A DNA stretch of 64,000 nucleotides from the NCBI GenBank assembly GCA_024679065.1, contig JAGIQG010000007.1:49166001-49230000 (forward strand), read 5' to 3'. Under the pieces are notes generated by a model. It worked only from the letters and a program-made list of their open reading frames with translations. It had not been told where the DNA came from and did no database searches. Below, in pieces: positions 61,646-64,000 of this stretch (within the stretch, counting starts at the first letter, position 1; each line of letters starts with the position of its first letter). This DNA is from Sphyrna mokarran (Eukaryota). A program made the translations under genes and the position numbers.

Positions 61646-62094
61646 GCCCCAAGTGTATAATTAATGGGGTTGGGGCTGGAAGATATGGTATGACTTCCAA
61701 TCAGCTTCCACTCCCCATCTTTGATCGATACCTGTGTCCAAAGGTTTTCTAAAATTCTACTGAATTCTACAAACATGAAGTAATATTCATCTGTCTTTAA
61801 TTAAATTCAGAACTGTTCCTATGTCAGTGGGTGTGTGAAAGGCTTCTGGGTAAAAATGTTTCTTTATTGCTAGTAATCAATTATTCAATTTTAAAGTATA
61901 ATATCCTAATTACACATGAATTTTGCTTCATATCTATATTCTACTTAATTATCTCTTTCACCCATAACAGGAAAATTTGGGTTTCAACTTGACACAGGTC
62001 TTCACAGGGCTTGAAGCCCATCTTTTCTAGTGAGAAAGCAACAGTCAATTCCAGCACATTTGTAGATTCAACTGTGATGCCACAACCATGATGT

Positions 62095-62385
62095 AGTGAC
62101 ACAATGGTTAGCGCTGCTGCCTCACTGCCAGGGACAGTTCCCAGCTTGGGAGCCATATCTGCGTGGAGTCTGCTCATTTTCCCTGTACCTGTGTGAGTTT
62201 CCACCGCGTGTTCCAGTTTCCTCCCACAGTCTGAAAGATGTGCTAGTTAGGTACATTGGCTATGCTAAATTCTCTCCCAGTGTACCCGAACTGGAGCAGG
62301 AGTGTGGCGACCCAAAGATTTTCACAGTAACTTCATTGCAGTGTTAATGTAAACTTACGTGTGACATTAATAAATAAATTTAAAC
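62095..62385 (+). mobile_element. HE1-related SINE (CACAGTAACTTCATTGCAGTGTTAATGT tail variant)
   Basis: Head ACAATGGTTAGCGCTGCTGCCTCAC; core TTTCCTCCCACAGTCTGAAAGATGTG; tail TAATAAATAAA. Confidence 0.88.
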
Positions 62386-63066
62386 TTGGCATCTGAGGCT
62401 GCTGTCATAGCTTCGACTGCAGCAGTCAGAAGCCATCCATAATTTGCATGCGGCACTGAAAGCTCAGGCTGAGTTAATGAAATCCATGCTTGTTGCTATG
62501 CCAGCCCAGCTTGATGCCATACAGATTCAGACAATTGCCATAACGGTTGGGGATAACAGTGCTCAAAGGAGCTGGCAGCCTTTAATAGCAGTCCAGCTAT
62601 CCACCCTCCAACAGGACTGCTGAAGCGTCACTTGGGAATGTGGGAATGCTCTGTAGAGCAAGGATCTGCTGTTCTCTTTCTGATTGACAGTGTTTGATCT
62701 CACATATTGCCAATCTGCCTATGCCACATCAGCCAGGCATCACAGAATGTTGCTGCCCTTGTTGAGGTGGTGCAATTTGAAATCAAGCCCTGGGAGAGAT
62801 TTAAAACAACACAAGACATGAAAGGAATGGGAGGTTCAAAATAGCACAATAGCTGAGAGCAGCAGGAAATTTACAATAGCTCAAGAAACAAGAAAAACAA
62901 GAGATCTGTGGGGTCAGGGTGCAGGGACTGCCGAGTTCAAAAAAACAATTGGTCTTTGAGGTCATTGACCTTTCAAAACTCAGGTGATTTATTCATAATT
63001 GTGTGGTAAGGAAGATGACGACTGCAAAATATGGGAGCTCTTGGATGCAAATGTAATACAGAGCAA

Positions 63067-63420
63067 ACATAGAAACACAGAATTCCCTCAGTGCAGAAGG
63101 AAGCCATTTGGCTCATTGAGTTTGCATTAACTCTCTGAAAGAGCACCTTAGCCAGTACCCTCACTCTATCCCTGTAACTCCATACAATTATCATGGCTAA
63201 TTCACTTAACTACACACCTTTGGACATTAGGGCAATTTAGCAAGGCCAATCCTCTGAATGTGACATCTTTGAACTGTGGGAGGGAACCGGAGCACCTGGA
63301 GGAAACCTACACAAACGTGGAGAGAGCATGCAAACTCCACACAATCACCTAAGACCAGGATCAAACTCAGGTTCCTGGCACTGTGAGGCAGCAGTGCTAA
63401 CCACTGTGTCGCTATGCCAC
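63067..63420 (-). mobile_element. HE1-type SINE
   Basis: CAGTGCAGAAGGAAGCCATT...GGAGCACCTGGAGGAAACC...GAGGCAGCAGTGCTAACCACTGTG. Confidence 0.9.
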
Positions 63421-63429
63421 ACTACATGT

Positions 63430-64000
63430 CTGTGGTAAATTTCTGTGGCTTGAGGAGCTTTGGTCAAGAGTAATTGAGCTGGAAGTTGAGCTGTAGACTC
63501 TGTGATGCATTGGGAAGGAGGGAATTTATCTGGATACTTTATCCCAAAAGGTGGTCACACCCTTTGGATCAGGACTTCTGGTTTGGTTAGTGGTCAGGGA
63601 CAGCAGGCATGGGGATCGAGGAGACGGAAGTGAGGGAACCTCAGATCTTGTAATTGTACAACAGATTTGAGTTTCTAGCAGCTTGTATGGATAAAAGTAT
63701 TAGTTGCAGGGTGGATGAACAAACTGATCATGTTACCATGGTTCAGGAAGCCATTCAAGTGAATAGAGTTAATAGGAATGTAGGAGGAGTAGGGGCAGCA
63801 TAATCAGAGGGGTAGACATAGTTCTCTGCAGCCAAGAACATGAATCTAGTTGGTTATGTTGCTTGCGCAGTACCAGGGTTCAGGACATATCCTCAAAGTT
63901 GGAGAAGATTTTATAATGGGAGTTGGAGGAATGAGTTGCTGAGATCCACAGGGGTACCAATGACATTGATGGGATGAGAAAAAACTCTGACTAGGGGTTA
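63430..64000 (+). mobile_element. CR1 ORF1 (esterase-like) remnant, running off the window end
   Basis: NRFEFL, SIIRGVD..LC, CCLRSTRVQDISSKLEKIL, IHRGTNDI match CR1 ORF1 GDS / CCLPGARV / HVGTND motifs. Confidence 0.75.

Overview
Eukaryotic, AT-rich, repeat-dense DNA with the repeat repertoire of a cartilaginous fish, most likely a shark: HE1/V-type tRNA SINEs, CR1 (HER1-like), Rex1, Tx1 and L2-like LINE fragments, Penelope-like elements (PLEs), Harbinger remnants, MITEs and LTR-like pieces. I found no intact host protein-coding gene. The main observation is in the repeat-free islands between the transposons. Translated by hand across stops and frameshifts, the islands from about 13 to 29.5 kb read as a heavily decayed negative-strand RNA virus genome (Mononegavirales- or Jingchuvirales-like): a weak N-like piece, a class III G-like piece, and an L polymerase. 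The L motifs are in the expected order, but the RdRp core (about 25.8-27.9 kb) is inverted relative to the N-terminal and methyltransferase parts. Two weaker, unrelated virus-like fragments lie nearby: an SF3 helicase Walker A at about 9.5 kb and a permuted birna/permutotetra-like RdRp at about 45 kb. Together these suggest a cluster of non-retroviral endogenous viral elements (EVEs). Also notable are a 5'-truncated Penelope element with inverted pseudo-LTRs (pLTRs), a minimal hammerhead motif and a 15-bp target-site duplication (TSD), and several 200-280 bp fold-back mini-elements made only of hammerhead-bearing pLTR sequence. All viral assignments are by-eye motif matches and need tblastn or HMM confirmation. 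Repeat boundaries are approximate unless a TSD or terminal repeat is quoted.
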